DNA of 64,000 nucleotides from an uncultured Gammaproteobacteria bacterium (lineage in GTDB: Bacteria > Patescibacteriota > Patescibacteriia > S139-126). Made by a program: the position numbers and the translations under genes. Location of the stretch: positions 158,524-222,523 of the forward strand of contig CAZUKA010000001.1 of NCBI GenBank assembly GCA_964620905.1, in the 5' to 3' direction. How positions within the stretch are numbered: position 1 is the stretch's first letter; each line of letters opens with the position of its first letter. A model generated the notes under the pieces. It had not been told where the DNA came from, ran no database searches, and saw only the letters and a list, made by a program, of their open reading frames with translations. Positions 37,236-48,913 of the stretch are shown one piece after another.

Positions 37236-38792
37236 TTAATCATCTAAAGAACTATCAACCAAAGAGCCACCTAAAATATCAATAAATTTATTTAGTTGTT
37301 GGCTGGAGTTTGTACTTTCTAAAGATGAATTTTTTGTTAGTTGAACTTTTATTTCTTTTAAATCAGAAAAAAAATTTTGAGAACAACTAATTAATTTTTC
37401 CAAGTTTTTCTTTTTTTCTATTAAATTTTTATGTAAATTATGTTCAACTTGAATAAATAAATTTTTGTCGGCAGTAAAATATATTTCAGCAGTTGTAATT
37501 ATTTTGGAAAGACTATAAAAATCTGGTAACAAAGAATCAACCAAATTATTTTTTAACTCTTTATTGATCAGATCTACTGGATTTAAGTTGATTTCGTTTG
37601 CTGAGGAGTTAATACTTTTTCGATCAGTTGTTGTTTTTGAATTATTTTTTGTATTTTCTAGTTCAAGCTCAACAGAGGGATTAACAATATCAAACTTTTG
37701 TATATTACTAGAAGTAATTTCTACTATAGCAAGTTCCAAAGGTAACTGACGAATAAATATGTTTTTAAACTTCGCCTGTTTATCTAACAATATTTCTAAA
37801 TGATTTTTTAGATCTACCAAACTACTCTGTCTAATTTGTTTGGTTAATTCATTGTATTGCTGATCAGTAAATAAATTTTTTAAATTGTCTATTTTTTCGC
37901 TAATTTTATAAAGTAAGGCAAAACGATAAAGTTCTATCAATTTGGTCAAGAAAAAATCGATATCCTCACCATTTTCTAGTATTTCATTAGTTAGGTTTAT
38001 TGCCTCATGAGTCTGACTAGTAAGTAGCAGCCGCCACAATTTAACTAATTGGTTGAGATTGGTGTTGGGTAGAACAAGATCAGCAGTGGTTTGATCAATT
38101 TTTTTATAATCCAAGCTGAGAAGTTGACCTAAAAATCCTTGAGCGTCACGCAGAGAACCAGAGGATAAAAATGCTATTTTTGCTAATACTTCATTATCAA
38201 CTTGATCAACGCCTTCTTGTTGACAAATAAAACGTAGATTATCGACCATCAACTGGTGAGATATTTTTTTAAAATCAAATCGCTGACACCTTGAAACAAT
38301 AGTTTCTGGTATTTTATGGGCAGCGGTGGTACAAAGGATAAAAATTGCATAATCAGGTGGTTCTTCAATTGTCTTAAGTAGTGCATTAAATGAAACATCA
38401 GTTAGCATGTGAACCTCGTCAATTATAAAAACCTTAAAACGAGCAATATTTGGCTGGTACTTAATTAATTCTTTAAAGTCTTTAATCTCTTCGATCTTTC
38501 TTTTGGATGCTGCATCCAATTCTATTAAATCCAAAAAATTATTTTTATTTATGGCTTGGCAAATTTCGCACCGATCACATGGTTCCCCTTGTTCATTTTG
38601 TTTACAATTGACGGCCTTGGCAAATATTCTAGCCGCGGTTGTTTTACCCACACCCCTAGGACCTGTAAATAAATAAGCATGAGAAATTTTTCCACTGGCG
38701 ACTGCCCGCGTCAAAGTAATTTTAACATGATTTTGATCAACCAAATCAGAAAATTTTTTAGGACGGTATTTACGATATAAGGTTTGTGACAT
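37236..38792 (-). CDS. dnaX: DNA polymerase III subunit gamma/tau
   Basis: 518 aa. AAA+ clamp-loader N-terminus with GPRGVGKTT Walker A, a DExx box, a zinc-binding C..C..C..C module, and sensor motifs. Confidence 0.9.
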   Translation of the reverse strand: MSQTLYRKYRPKKFSDLVDQNHVKITLTRAVASGKISHAYLFTGPRGVGKTTAARIFAKAVNCKQNEQGEPCDRCEICQAINKNNFLDLIELDAASKRKIEEIKDFKELIKYQPNIARFKVFIIDEVHMLTDVSFNALLKTIEEPPDYAIFILCTTAAHKIPETIVSRCQRFDFKKISHQLMVDNLRFICQQEGVDQVDNEVLAKIAFLSSGSLRDAQGFLGQLLSLDYKKIDQTTADLVLPNTNLNQLVKLWRLLLTSQTHEAINLTNEILENGEDIDFFLTKLIELYRFALLYKISEKIDNLKNLFTDQQYNELTKQIRQSSLVDLKNHLEILLDKQAKFKNIFIRQLPLELAIVEITSSNIQKFDIVNPSVELELENTKNNSKTTTDRKSINSSANEINLNPVDLINKELKNNLVDSLLPDFYSLSKIITTAEIYFTADKNLFIQVEHNLHKNLIEKKKNLEKLISCSQNFFSDLKEIKVQLTKNSSLESTNSSQQLNKFIDILGGSLVDSSLDD

Positions 38793-39332
38793 CTAACGGT
38801 TTTGTTTAATAATATTCTCTACAGCCGCCCATTGTGATTGGGTATTCTTCGGTACTAACATTATTACTTGATCACCATTTTCACCTTTAAAATAAGTAAC
38901 TGGGGCAGATAATAATTTAAAAGTTGCTTTATCAGTACGACCATAGTGTTGTTTTTTTTCTTCATCCAAGTAAAGTTCTCCAACTAATCGTTCTCTTTCA
39001 ACTGGTCCGATTTGTTTAAAAACAAACGAACCGTTGGGCAAAATTGTAAGCTTCAACATATCACCTTCTACCAATTTTGATTTAGAAGCGTAATTTTGTG
39101 GAATCAAATATTCTTTACCATCGGGACCAACCATTTTATCTCCGGTAAAAACCCCCTCAATAATCTTGACATCTGCTTCAACTTTTTCTTTTCCTTGACT
39201 ACGGGCCAATATAACTGGATCAAGATTATCTTTTTCTATCTGACCGGAAATAACTTTCTTAGCTAGATCTACTTGCAGTTGAATATTGTTTAAGATGTGT
39301 TTTATTTCTTCAATTTTATTTTCGTTTTTCAT
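38793..39332 (-). CDS. Hypothetical protein
   Basis: 179-aa ORF directly abutting dnaX. No recognisable motif. Confidence 0.4.
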   Translation of the reverse strand: MKNENKIEEIKHILNNIQLQVDLAKKVISGQIEKDNLDPVILARSQGKEKVEADVKIIEGVFTGDKMVGPDGKEYLIPQNYASKSKLVEGDMLKLTILPNGSFVFKQIGPVERERLVGELYLDEEKKQHYGRTDKATFKLLSAPVTYFKGENGDQVIMLVPKNTQSQWAAVENIIKQNR

Positions 39333-39363
39333 ATTTTTTGTTTAATATTTTAAATTTATTTTT

Positions 39364-41784
39364 TTAATATTTTTTTTTGGGTTTGCCATAATGCAATCTG
39401 GAAAAAGCAATTGATTTTTCCTTATTAATCTGTTCTCCGACTGGTTCACGTTGCGTATTAATATTAAAAGGTGTAACCGTAGTATTGTCAATAATCATCT
39501 TTAGATAGGCGTTAAACTTAGGAACATTTATGAGATCATATTGATCAAAAACCGGTTCAAACTGTTTTACTACAAAATCAGCATCTTCGGCTCCGATTCT
39601 AAAAGCAACAAATGTACCCACATTACCAAAAATTGCATCTCGAATTGAAGTGTCTCCCTGTTTAGTAAGTTGTCCTAAATATTGATTGGCTAAGATTAAA
39701 TTTAAACGATACTTTCTAGCCTCAGCTAAAATAACAGCTATACTCTCAGTAGTAAAATTTTGAAACTCGTCTATATACATATAAAAATCCTCACGTAATG
39801 ATTCAACTTGATTTGCTCGGCTCAGGGCGGCAATTAAAATTTTTCCTACCACAATCATCCCTAAAAGTTTACTATTAATATCACCAATTTTACCCTTACT
39901 TAGGTTGATAATTAAAATCTTCTTTTCGTCCATTACCTGCCTAAAATCAAAACTGCTTTGTTGGGAAGCTATTATTTGTCTCATTAAATCATTAGCAATA
40001 AATGGTGTTAGTTTACTTGTTATATAAGGTACCATATTAGCGAGTGCTGCTTCCCCACCAGCAGCTTGAGCTTCCTTTTGCCAAAAATCAATAACTGTGG
40101 GATTTTTGCATTTACTTAATTTCAATTTTCTAAATTGTTCATCTGCCAGGACTTTGGGGATTTCTAACAAAGTCATTCCCGAATCTGGGTCATCCATAAC
40201 CAAAAGCATAGCATTTCTCATATATTGCTCAAACATCGGCCCGCCAGTTGCTTTTAAATCATATAACTTATCAAAAATTGCGAGTAACTCGTTTACAACT
40301 AAGGTTTTTTGAAATTCATTAGAATATTCCAACATATTGATCGCCATAGGTCGGTCAGTATCAGCTGGATCAAAATAAATGACATCAGACCAGCGATGCT
40401 TGGGTATATTGCGTAAAATATCAGAAGCTAGTTCGCCATGTGGGTCAATTATACAACAGCCTGATCCTATAGCAATATCCTGAATGATCATGTTTTTCAT
40501 CATAGTTGATTTTCCAGTACCGGTTTGACCAATGATATACATGTGCCGACGGCGATCATCGGTTTTTAAACGAATTAAAACCTTTTCTCCCCGATATTCA
40601 CTCTCACCAATTACTATCCCCTCTGATGGCAAATTCACAGGTGGTGCATATTTTTTTGCTTCTAGCCAAGCAATGTTGGGAATATCGTTGTGACTATGAG
40701 GAAAGTGAAATACTGAGGCCAGTTCTTCAGTATTTAAAATTATTTTTCGTTTATTATCGAACCGTCGATAAATAAAATTTCTAATCAATTTAGAATGCCA
40801 GGTCAAAAAGGCTGATTGAAAACTATTACCATATTCATAAATACTATATTGAGAAAATGCCTGTAATATATCATTTAAATAAGCATTGGTTGTATCCTTA
40901 TCCTCGGTGGAGACAATCACCCGAAGGTTAGCCCCCAAGGCGGCTTTAGATAATTTCAATTCAATTGATTCAATAGTTTTTTGTTGTTGAGGGGTAAGTG
41001 AAACTGGTGTATTTGATTTATCTTTTTTATTTACGTCTTTGCTATATTTAAACCCTGAATATAGTAAAGAAAAAAATGAATTCACTGTTTTACTAAAAAT
41101 ATCATTATTTGCGGTGGTATTGACGTTTTCGTTTTTTTGTAATTTTTGCACCAACAACCTACCTTTCTGTCGCCAAGTACTACTGACTGGAATTAACAAT
41201 AGTTGGACAGCAGCACCCTCATTTTTCTTTAATTTAGACAAAGAATTTAAAATAGAATTTATCGGATCATTCTCCATTTGTGAATAAGTTTTGATGGGGA
41301 AAGCATTCAATTTTTTAAAGACAAAAAACCCGCCTGCTACCTGACTATAAGGTTTAAAAATATTATAATCTTCAACTTCATCAATTTGGGCAGTTGGATA
41401 TTGAGCATGAATTTGTTGAATTACAAACCTTTTAAGCTGTTTAGGAAGTGCAACAAAAAAATCTATTTTCTCATTGGCCGCCACTATTTCAAAACTAACA
41501 AATTTTTTGTGTGTACGAAAAATGATATCAATCCAAGAATTGCTTCTTAGTCCACCAATAGTGGCAAATAAACTTTCGGCTGAACCTAAAAGTTCTTTCC
41601 ATTTGATTTCCCCGCTTTTATTTTTGTCTAATTTAGGTAAACTTATTTTTAAAACTATAGTCTGAAAAACTAAACGGTAATAGTATTTTTTAAAAAAATA
41701 AATATATAAAACCACACCCACAACAATAAAAATTATTGGTAATAAAAATTTTAATAAATTAATAAAAAAATTTGTTGCAAACAT
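39364..41784 (-). CDS. Membrane-anchored P-loop ATPase of the TraG/TraD/VirD4 (type IV coupling protein) / VirB4-like superfamily
   Basis: 806 aa. N-terminal TM helices, Walker A GQTGTGKST followed by IIDPHGE, and Walker B DEFQNF followed by ARKYRLNLILANQ...LGQL...IRDAIFGNVGTF, a pattern characteristic of T4CP/DUF87 ATPases. Confidence 0.55.
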   Translation of the reverse strand: MFATNFFINLLKFLLPIIFIVVGVVLYIYFFKKYYYRLVFQTIVLKISLPKLDKNKSGEIKWKELLGSAESLFATIGGLRSNSWIDIIFRTHKKFVSFEIVAANEKIDFFVALPKQLKRFVIQQIHAQYPTAQIDEVEDYNIFKPYSQVAGGFFVFKKLNAFPIKTYSQMENDPINSILNSLSKLKKNEGAAVQLLLIPVSSTWRQKGRLLVQKLQKNENVNTTANNDIFSKTVNSFFSLLYSGFKYSKDVNKKDKSNTPVSLTPQQQKTIESIELKLSKAALGANLRVIVSTEDKDTTNAYLNDILQAFSQYSIYEYGNSFQSAFLTWHSKLIRNFIYRRFDNKRKIILNTEELASVFHFPHSHNDIPNIAWLEAKKYAPPVNLPSEGIVIGESEYRGEKVLIRLKTDDRRRHMYIIGQTGTGKSTMMKNMIIQDIAIGSGCCIIDPHGELASDILRNIPKHRWSDVIYFDPADTDRPMAINMLEYSNEFQKTLVVNELLAIFDKLYDLKATGGPMFEQYMRNAMLLVMDDPDSGMTLLEIPKVLADEQFRKLKLSKCKNPTVIDFWQKEAQAAGGEAALANMVPYITSKLTPFIANDLMRQIIASQQSSFDFRQVMDEKKILIINLSKGKIGDINSKLLGMIVVGKILIAALSRANQVESLREDFYMYIDEFQNFTTESIAVILAEARKYRLNLILANQYLGQLTKQGDTSIRDAIFGNVGTFVAFRIGAEDADFVVKQFEPVFDQYDLINVPKFNAYLKMIIDNTTVTPFNINTQREPVGEQINKEKSIAFSRLHYGKPKKKY

Positions 41785-41786
41785 GA

Positions 41787-42281
41787 TTAATTATTATCCG
41801 ATTTTTTTTCTAAACTTATGATCTTATCTGTTTTAATTTTTACTTCTTGTTCCAAAAAAAATTTATTTATCCCCGGAACCAGCAACAACCAACCCCTTAT
41901 CAAATCTAAAATTTCATAAATTTTATATTTTACGCTATTAATCATTAGCGCGATTGTTTTTGCGGTTTTTTCACCTGTTGATCTAAACTCTATTTTTTTA
42001 GCAGGTTCTAAATTATTGTATAGATCATCAAGACCTGAGGCTAAAATACTCTCTACCTCTTTCTCCAAATAAGTCAAATGGTCAGTTTGGCTATTGACTG
42101 AATTTGTCAAAGTTGTTGCTAAAGTTTGTACTTTTTCTTCTTTATTTTTGACAGGTTTCTTAAGTATTGATTTTTCTAATAAAACATTTTCTTTAGTATT
42201 TTCTAAATTGGTCAATTTTTCAAATTGACTTACTTTTTCAATTATTTTGGTTGAATCGGGTTTTAGTGGTTTATTTTCCAT
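41787..42281 (-). CDS. Hypothetical coiled-coil protein
   Basis: 164-aa ORF immediately upstream of the ATPase gene on the same strand, probably co-transcribed. No motif. Confidence 0.35.
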   Translation of the reverse strand: MENKPLKPDSTKIIEKVSQFEKLTNLENTKENVLLEKSILKKPVKNKEEKVQTLATTLTNSVNSQTDHLTYLEKEVESILASGLDDLYNNLEPAKKIEFRSTGEKTAKTIALMINSVKYKIYEILDLIRGWLLLVPGINKFFLEQEVKIKTDKIISLEKKSDNN

Positions 42282-42346
42282 AGTCTAATTATATCAATAA
42301 CAACAGCTAATTAAAAGGTTTTATTTTTTGTGATATAATAAGGTAA

Positions 42347-43288
42347 ATGAATCAAATTGCTGAAAAAATTAAAAATGTCAAAAATTCCAACTTTACTTGG
42401 ATAAATATAGTAAACCCAGAAAATGAGGAAATAGACTACCTTAAGCAAACTTTCAATTTTCACCCACTTGATTTACGTGATTCGAATATAACCAAAAAGG
42501 CCCAACGTCCGCAATTGGCCGCCAGAGAAAATTATAGTTTCCTAATATTTCTTTTTCCAGTTTATGATCGTGACTTACGTAAAATATTGCCAGCTGAAGT
42601 TGATTTTTTTATTAGCGACCAATTTATAATAACTTTGCATGACAATAAGTTGTCCCCCTTAAAAGAACTATTTGATCAATGTTCTCAATACGAATATTAT
42701 CGGGATCTTTATATGGGCCTACACCCCTCATATTTTTTTTATATAATACTAGAAAAACTTTTGGAAAATTGTTTTCCTATGCTTGATCATATTGCTGATG
42801 ACAATCAAACTATTGAAGATAATATTTTTAAACATCGTGAAAAAGAAATGGTAAGAGAAATTTTAATTGTTAAACGTAATATTGTTAATTTCCGTTTTAT
42901 TATGCAATCACACCGTACAATAATTAAAAAGTTTATCGATTTAGAGAACAAATATTTACAAATGTCAAAACATTATATTTATTTTGAAAAATTATTAGTC
43001 CAAACTAAAGACATTTGGGAAATTTTAGCAGGACACAAAGAAACTATTGACGCTCTGCAAGAAACCAATGAATCTTCTATTTCATTTAGGATTAATGATG
43101 TAATGAAAACTTTAACTTTAATATCTGTAATTTTTTTACCACTTACTTTGATTAGTAGTATTTTTGGTATGAACTCGGGAAATATCCCTTTTAGCGATCA
43201 ACCGGCTGGTTTCTGGATGATTTTGGGTATTATGTCAATAATTTTTTTATTGATGATTGCTTTTTTCAAAAAAAAGAAATGGTTATGA
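42347..43288 (+). CDS. corA: CorA-family Mg2+/Co2+ transporter
   Basis: 313 aa. C-terminal two TM helices with the GMN signature ([11 protein letters not shown]). Confidence 0.8.
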   Translation: MNQIAEKIKNVKNSNFTWINIVNPENEEIDYLKQTFNFHPLDLRDSNITKKAQRPQLAARENYSFLIFLFPVYDRDLRKILPAEVDFFISDQFIITLHDNKLSPLKELFDQCSQYEYYRDLYMGLHPSYFFYIILEKLLENCFPMLDHIADDNQTIEDNIFKHREKEMVREILIVKRNIVNFRFIMQSHRTIIKKFIDLENKYLQMSKHYIYFEKLLVQTKDIWEILAGHKETIDALQETNESSISFRINDVMKTLTLISVIFLPLTLISSIFGMNSGNIPFSDQPAGFWMILGIMSIIFLLMIAFFKKKKWL

Positions 43289-43289
43289 T

Positions 43290-44705
43290 ATGACAGACTT
43301 AAAATTATATAATACACTATCAAGAAAAAAAGAAATATTTCGTCCTCTCAAAAGTCAAGTTGGTTTATATACTTGTGGTTTAACGGTTTATAATTTTGCT
43401 CACATTGGTAACTTACGTACCTATATTTTTGAAGATATTTTAAGAAGAACTTTGTTATTAAACGGTTTTAAAGTTTTACATGTACAAAATATAACTGATG
43501 TTGGTCATTTGACCAGTGACGCTGACGAGGGTGAAGACAAAATGGAAAAATCAGCCAAAGAACACGGTCAAAGTGCCTGGGAAATAGCTGAATTTTATAC
43601 ACGTGCCTTTAAACATGATCTGCAAAATTTAAATATTCTTTTGCCTGATATTTGGTGCAAAGCAACCGATCATATCAGTGAACAAATCACCGTAATAACA
43701 AAAATTGAACAAAATGGTTATACCTATAAAACAAATGATGGTATTTATTTTGATACAAGTAAGCTTAAAAATTATGGCTTATTGACTAAACAAACTGCTT
43801 CGTCGTTAAAAGCAGGACTGCGTGTTGCAATGGGGGAGAAAAAAAATTCCACTGATTTCGCCTTGTGGAAATTTTCATCACCTAATCAAAAAAGGCAAAT
43901 GGAGTGGGATTCACCTTGGGGAAAAGGTTTCCCTGGCTGGCACATAGAGTGTAGTGCCATGGCCAATCATTATTTAGGTGTGCCTTTTGATATTCATTGT
44001 GGTGGCATAGATCATATAGCTATACATCATAACAATGAAATAGCTCAAACTTATGCAGCCGAAAAAAAATTGATGGCTAATTTTTGGTTGCATTCTGAAT
44101 TTTTAAACATCAATCAAACAAAAATGGCTAAAAGCCAAGGAAATTTTTTTACATTAAAATCGATAATTGACCAAGGTTACTATCCCCTAGCTTATCGTTA
44201 TTTGGTTTTAAATACTCATTACCGTCAAAAAATAAACTTTACTTGGGAAGCACTCCAACAAGCCCAAAACGCTTTTTTAAAAATTTTAAATTTTCTTCTC
44301 CCTATTGAAAAAGAAGGTAAAATATTAAAATTATATCAAACAAAACTACTAGAATCCATAAATGACGATCTAAATACCCCTAAAGTTTTGGCATTATTAT
44401 GGGAATTAATAAAAACCAAAATTGACCAAAATGACATTGCGGCGACGATTTATTATTTTGATGGTCTACTGGGACTTAATCTAAAAAATATTTTAAACAA
44501 AATCAGAAAAAGATTACTACTCCCTCCCAATATTAAATTACTTGCCAAAAAAAGGGAGCTAGCGAGAAAACAAAAAGATTTTAAAACTTCTGACAATATC
44601 AGATTAGAAATAAATCAATTGGATTATTTAGTAATTGACACGCCAACCGGGCAAAAAATATATAAAAATATTACGGTTGAAGATTTGTTAAAAAATATTG
44701 ACTAA
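43290..44705 (+). CDS. cysS: Cysteinyl-tRNA synthetase
   Basis: HIGN (HIGH) and KMAKSQGN (KMSKS) motifs, with zinc-binding Cys/His residues. The start is chosen at [10 protein letters not shown], in frame within ORF 43257..44705. Confidence 0.9.
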   Translation: MTDLKLYNTLSRKKEIFRPLKSQVGLYTCGLTVYNFAHIGNLRTYIFEDILRRTLLLNGFKVLHVQNITDVGHLTSDADEGEDKMEKSAKEHGQSAWEIAEFYTRAFKHDLQNLNILLPDIWCKATDHISEQITVITKIEQNGYTYKTNDGIYFDTSKLKNYGLLTKQTASSLKAGLRVAMGEKKNSTDFALWKFSSPNQKRQMEWDSPWGKGFPGWHIECSAMANHYLGVPFDIHCGGIDHIAIHHNNEIAQTYAAEKKLMANFWLHSEFLNINQTKMAKSQGNFFTLKSIIDQGYYPLAYRYLVLNTHYRQKINFTWEALQQAQNAFLKILNFLLPIEKEGKILKLYQTKLLESINDDLNTPKVLALLWELIKTKIDQNDIAATIYYFDGLLGLNLKNILNKIRKRLLLPPNIKLLAKKRELARKQKDFKTSDNIRLEINQLDYLVIDTPTGQKIYKNITVEDLLKNID

Positions 44706-46596
44706 AAATATCAAAAGCTATTGGAACAGCGCTAGTAGAACCCTCAATACCATTTTCTACTAAAATTACTAAAACTAACTCTGGTTCGGCAAAAGGAGCA
44801 AAACCAGCGAACCAAGCATGCGGTTGGTTTGTACCACCTACTTGTGCGGTTCCGGTTTTACCAGCTACTTCTATTGGTAAAAGTGATAAATACCTTGCTG
44901 ATCCAGCCGTAACAGTCGTGCGCAAAGCATTTTTGATTATATTTAAATTTTCTTCACCAATCAAGACTTTTTGCAAAATTTTCGGTTGGTTGATATTAAT
45001 CTCACCATTTGACTCATTTTTGAAACCATAAACAAACTGGGGTTGATAAAGAATACCCTTGTTTATCAAAGCTGTATAGGCATTAGCCAATTGTAATGGG
45101 GTCAATAAAATGTCCCCTTGCCCAATACTTATATTATATGTGTCACCAATATACCATGGCTCATTTTTTACTTTTTGTTTCCATTCGGGATCTGGAAAAA
45201 ATCCTGGTTTTTCAACAGGAAAATCTATTTGTGTTTTGGTGGCAAGACCAAAGTACTGGGCATACTGCTTTAAACGCACAATTCCTAAACCATTGAATTT
45301 ATCAAATCCACCACCAAGATAATAGAAAAATGTATTTACTGATTCGGCAATAGCTTTGTAAATGTTAGTTAAACCATGACCACCGGCTTTCCAATCGGGA
45401 AAAAACCACTGAGCTACCCTAATACCTCCTGTGCTTAATATAGTTGTTTGTCGATCGACAATTTTCTCTTGTAATGCAGCTGCGGCGTAAATTGGTTTGA
45501 TAGTAGAACCAGATGGATATTCGCCTTGAACAACACGAAAAAAAAGTGGATTGTTTTTATCTTGAAATATTTTATTAATTTCCGAAGCATAAAATCGCGG
45601 ATTGGTAAACAAGTTATTATCATAAGCAGGTAAACTTACTGCTGCCCGAATAGCTCCATTTCTAGGATCTAAAGCTACAACTACACCTTTGCTAAAATTA
45701 TTTTTGTCTAAGTTTTTTTGTAAACTATCATAAGCTATTGTTTGAAGTTTATAATCAAGATTTAAAACTAAACTGAGACCAGATATAGGTTTTTGTTCGC
45801 TAATTATTTTAATTTCTTCACCGGTGGCATTTACTTCAATTTTTTTCTGCCCATCAATACCTCGTAATTGTTCTTCATAAAATAATTCTAAACCGCTTTT
45901 ACCTAATTTGTCATTCAATAAATATTGACCGGATTGCACTTTTGACAAATCTTCGTCAGTAATATTACCTAAATAACCAAGTAAATGAGAACTTTTTTCT
46001 TTACTTGGATAAAAACGTTCATTGGTTTCTTGAACATGAAATCCTGACCAATCATTTATTACCACCATCAACTCTAAAGCTGTTTCATAGCTAAGATTAT
46101 CTGAAATGGTAATTGGTTGATCTGATAACTGCTTATATCTTAATAAGCTATCTTTAATAACTGTTTTTTCAAGTTCAACTTTTTTAGCCAATTCAGCAAT
46201 TTGTTCATCCACTAATGTAAAATTTACTTCATTAGGATATAAAACTAAGGCAAAACCTGGAACATTTTTTGCTAATATTTCCCCGGAAAAATCATAAATT
46301 AAACCCCGATTGGCCTTTAAGGTTTGGTTTTTTATCCGATTGCCTTCAGCTAGAGCAGTAAATAAACGACCCTGATAAACTTGTAAAAATGCGACTCTAA
46401 ACAAAATAGCAATAAAAAAAATTAATACAACAATTAAAATTAAAATAGATTTTTTTTGGTTGAAGATTAAACTGATAAACTGACTGTCACTGGTTAATCT
46501 TGACTGTTCACCAACGTAACTGCGACGATAAAAAGTATTAATCTTTTTATCTTTTATATTTTTATTATCTTCTAAAATGATAAAAGGATCATTCAT
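44671..46596 (-). CDS. mrdA: Penicillin-binding protein 2 (class B PBP transpeptidase, elongasome)
   Basis: SGSTIKP (SxxK), SIN (SxN) and KTGT motifs, with an N-terminal TM and a dimerisation domain. Start taken at MNDPF. ORF track: 44671..46656. Confidence 0.85.
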   Translation of the reverse strand: MNDPFIILEDNKNIKDKKINTFYRRSYVGEQSRLTSDSQFISLIFNQKKSILILIVVLIFFIAILFRVAFLQVYQGRLFTALAEGNRIKNQTLKANRGLIYDFSGEILAKNVPGFALVLYPNEVNFTLVDEQIAELAKKVELEKTVIKDSLLRYKQLSDQPITISDNLSYETALELMVVINDWSGFHVQETNERFYPSKEKSSHLLGYLGNITDEDLSKVQSGQYLLNDKLGKSGLELFYEEQLRGIDGQKKIEVNATGEEIKIISEQKPISGLSLVLNLDYKLQTIAYDSLQKNLDKNNFSKGVVVALDPRNGAIRAAVSLPAYDNNLFTNPRFYASEINKIFQDKNNPLFFRVVQGEYPSGSTIKPIYAAAALQEKIVDRQTTILSTGGIRVAQWFFPDWKAGGHGLTNIYKAIAESVNTFFYYLGGGFDKFNGLGIVRLKQYAQYFGLATKTQIDFPVEKPGFFPDPEWKQKVKNEPWYIGDTYNISIGQGDILLTPLQLANAYTALINKGILYQPQFVYGFKNESNGEININQPKILQKVLIGEENLNIIKNALRTTVTAGSARYLSLLPIEVAGKTGTAQVGGTNQPHAWFAGFAPFAEPELVLVILVENGIEGSTSAVPIAFDIFSQYFLTNLQP

Positions 46597-47083
46597 ATCT
46601 TCGTAAAGTGAAAAAATTAAGTGACAATAATAAAATAAAAACAATAATAATTTCAATTCCCATGGTAAAAATGACTTTTTGTGCCAAAGACCATAAAGCT
46701 AGCAAACCAATATTAGCAGTTAAATAATAACTAATAATTTCTAAAAATTTAAAAATTACTAAACCTATAAATACTCCCAGGGTCAGCGACCAAAGGGAAC
46801 GGTTGGTAAATAAATAATATAAAGTTAAATAAGTGAAAGCACAGGCCACCGGATAAAAAAATAAGTATAAACCCCAGGGTTGAAAAGCATAAATACTAGC
46901 CAGTAAACCACCAAATAAAATCAAAAACCATAAATTTTTTTCATAAGCCAAAGCAATCCGTAATAAAATATACAAAAGCGGGATATTTAATAAAGCCAGT
47001 GCTGGCAACTGAGTAAAAAAAGTTATGTGACCTAACCAACAAATAATAAATATAAAAAAATCCAAAATCAATGTTTTATTCAT
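46589..47083 (-). CDS. mreD: Rod shape-determining protein MreD-like membrane protein
   Basis: 164 aa, 4-5 TM segments. Lies between mreC and PBP2 in the usual order. Assignment is by context. Confidence 0.45.
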   Translation of the reverse strand: MNKTLILDFFIFIICWLGHITFFTQLPALALLNIPLLYILLRIALAYEKNLWFLILFGGLLASIYAFQPWGLYLFFYPVACAFTYLTLYYLFTNRSLWSLTLGVFIGLVIFKFLEIISYYLTANIGLLALWSLAQKVIFTMGIEIIIVFILLLSLNFFTLRRYE

Positions 47084-47858
47084 ACGAAGGTACTAAAACA
47101 CCGACAAAAAAAACTTTTTGAAAATCTTCAGGAGAAATTATTGTACCTGATTGAAAAAAATCGTTTTCATTTTTATGAATTGCTGATATTTTTCCTATAA
47201 CCAATCCCCGCGGTATGTACTGATCGCGTCCAGAAGTAACTACCAAATCCCCCAGATTAAAATTTTCAGTTTGCCGTAAATAATTGATTCTAATACCCAA
47301 ATTTCTCACCCCAACGACGAGTCCCATAGTTTGTTCATCGTTTTGTATTTGGGCTGTGACTTTAAACAAAGCATTTTCCAAAAAAACAATTTGGCTAGTA
47401 TATTCGTCGCTACGATATACTTTACCAATCAATATACCGTCTGGAGAAATAACCGGCATACCAGGTAAAATACCTTGCTTATTACCTTTATTTATCAAAA
47501 AAATACTTTTATCAAGACCAGGTACAACACTAATTATCTCGGCGGTAATTTTTTTATATTCAGGGCTGATAGAATAATTTAATAAACTTCGTAATTCTTC
47601 GTTTTCTTTAACAAGTGATTGCAACAATGCATAATCAACCGATGTAATTTTTAAATCTTGACGTAAACTTTCCAGCTCAATTTTAAGTTGATCATCACTT
47701 TGAAAAATATCACTGATATAAATTCCAAATTTATACATCGGACTAGAAAGACCACCAACAACCTTCAACCAAAAAGAACGACTTAGAAAAAATACCAAAG
47801 CCAATATAAAAATAATGGCTACCAAATACCAATTTTTTTTACGCTTAATTGGTCTCAT
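47076..47858 (-). CDS. mreC: Rod shape-determining protein MreC
   Basis: 260 aa. N-terminal TM, coiled coil, then a beta-rich MreC domain (GMPVISPDGILIGKV). Follows mreB. Confidence 0.7.
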   Translation of the reverse strand: MRPIKRKKNWYLVAIIFILALVFFLSRSFWLKVVGGLSSPMYKFGIYISDIFQSDDQLKIELESLRQDLKITSVDYALLQSLVKENEELRSLLNYSISPEYKKITAEIISVVPGLDKSIFLINKGNKQGILPGMPVISPDGILIGKVYRSDEYTSQIVFLENALFKVTAQIQNDEQTMGLVVGVRNLGIRINYLRQTENFNLGDLVVTSGRDQYIPRGLVIGKISAIHKNENDFFQSGTIISPEDFQKVFFVGVLVPSYE

Positions 47859-48913
47859 TTATTTATATTTTGACCTTGGGTATCGTTGACTAAAACATCA
47901 CTCATTAATTTTTTATCTTCCAACAAAATACCCGTGCCTCGAACAACACAAGTTAGAGGGTCATCAGCGATAGTTACTGGCACTTGTGTTTCTCTAGCAA
48001 TAACACGATCAAGACCTTTGAGTAAGGCCCCGCCACCGGTCAAGGTTATCCCCCGTTCATAGACATCAGCCACCAGCTCAGGTGGTGTATTTTCAATTAC
48101 GGTTTTAATATTTTCTACCATTACCCGAATAGATCTAGTCAAAGCTTCCCGTACTTGCATATCAGAAATAGTTATTTCTTTAGGTAAGCCGGTGATCAAA
48201 TCTCGCCCTCGCACACGCATGTCTGTATGTTCTTCTAAGGGCATAGCTGAACCAATCTTTATTTTGATATCCTCGGCAGTCTTCTCGCCCAATAATAAAT
48301 TGAAGTTTTCCCGAACATAATTAATAATAGAACGATTTAGTTCATCACCAGCAAGTCTCATAGACTTCCAAGTGACAATGCCAGAAAGCGAAATTACTGC
48401 GATGTTAGTTGAACCACCACCAATATCGACTACTAAATTGGCCACGGATTCATGAACAGGAAGTCTAGCACCAATAGCTGCAGCCATTGGTTCTTCTACC
48501 AAATAAACACGACTAGCACCGGCTGATAAAGCCGCATCCTCAACTGCTTTTCTTTCTACTTCAGTGACTTCCAAAGGAATACCTATTACCACTACCGGCC
48601 TAGCTAAGAGTGAAAAACTTTCTTTATGAACTTTTTCAATAAAGTATTTCAACATTTTTTCAGTTACTTCAAAATCAGAAATCACTCCTTCAACCAGTGG
48701 CCTAATTGCTTGGATATGTTCCGGTGTTTTTCCCACCATTTTTTTTGCATCACCACCAACTGTTAAAATTTGATTGGTTCTCGTATTGACTGCCACGACC
48801 GATGGTTCATTTATTACAATACCTTTATCCTTAACATAAACCAAAGTACTGGAAGTGCCCAAATCAATTCCCATTTCTTTGGAAAATCTGGAAAAAACCT
48901 TGTTGCCGATCAT
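47855..48913 (-). CDS. mreB: Rod shape-determining actin homolog MreB
   Basis: 352 aa. GIDLGTSSTLVYV phosphate-1 and DIGGGST phosphate-2 motifs of an actin-fold ATPase. Confidence 0.9.
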   Translation of the reverse strand: MIGNKVFSRFSKEMGIDLGTSSTLVYVKDKGIVINEPSVVAVNTRTNQILTVGGDAKKMVGKTPEHIQAIRPLVEGVISDFEVTEKMLKYFIEKVHKESFSLLARPVVVIGIPLEVTEVERKAVEDAALSAGASRVYLVEEPMAAAIGARLPVHESVANLVVDIGGGSTNIAVISLSGIVTWKSMRLAGDELNRSIINYVRENFNLLLGEKTAEDIKIKIGSAMPLEEHTDMRVRGRDLITGLPKEITISDMQVREALTRSIRVMVENIKTVIENTPPELVADVYERGITLTGGGALLKGLDRVIARETQVPVTIADDPLTCVVRGTGILLEDKKLMSDVLVNDTQGQNINK

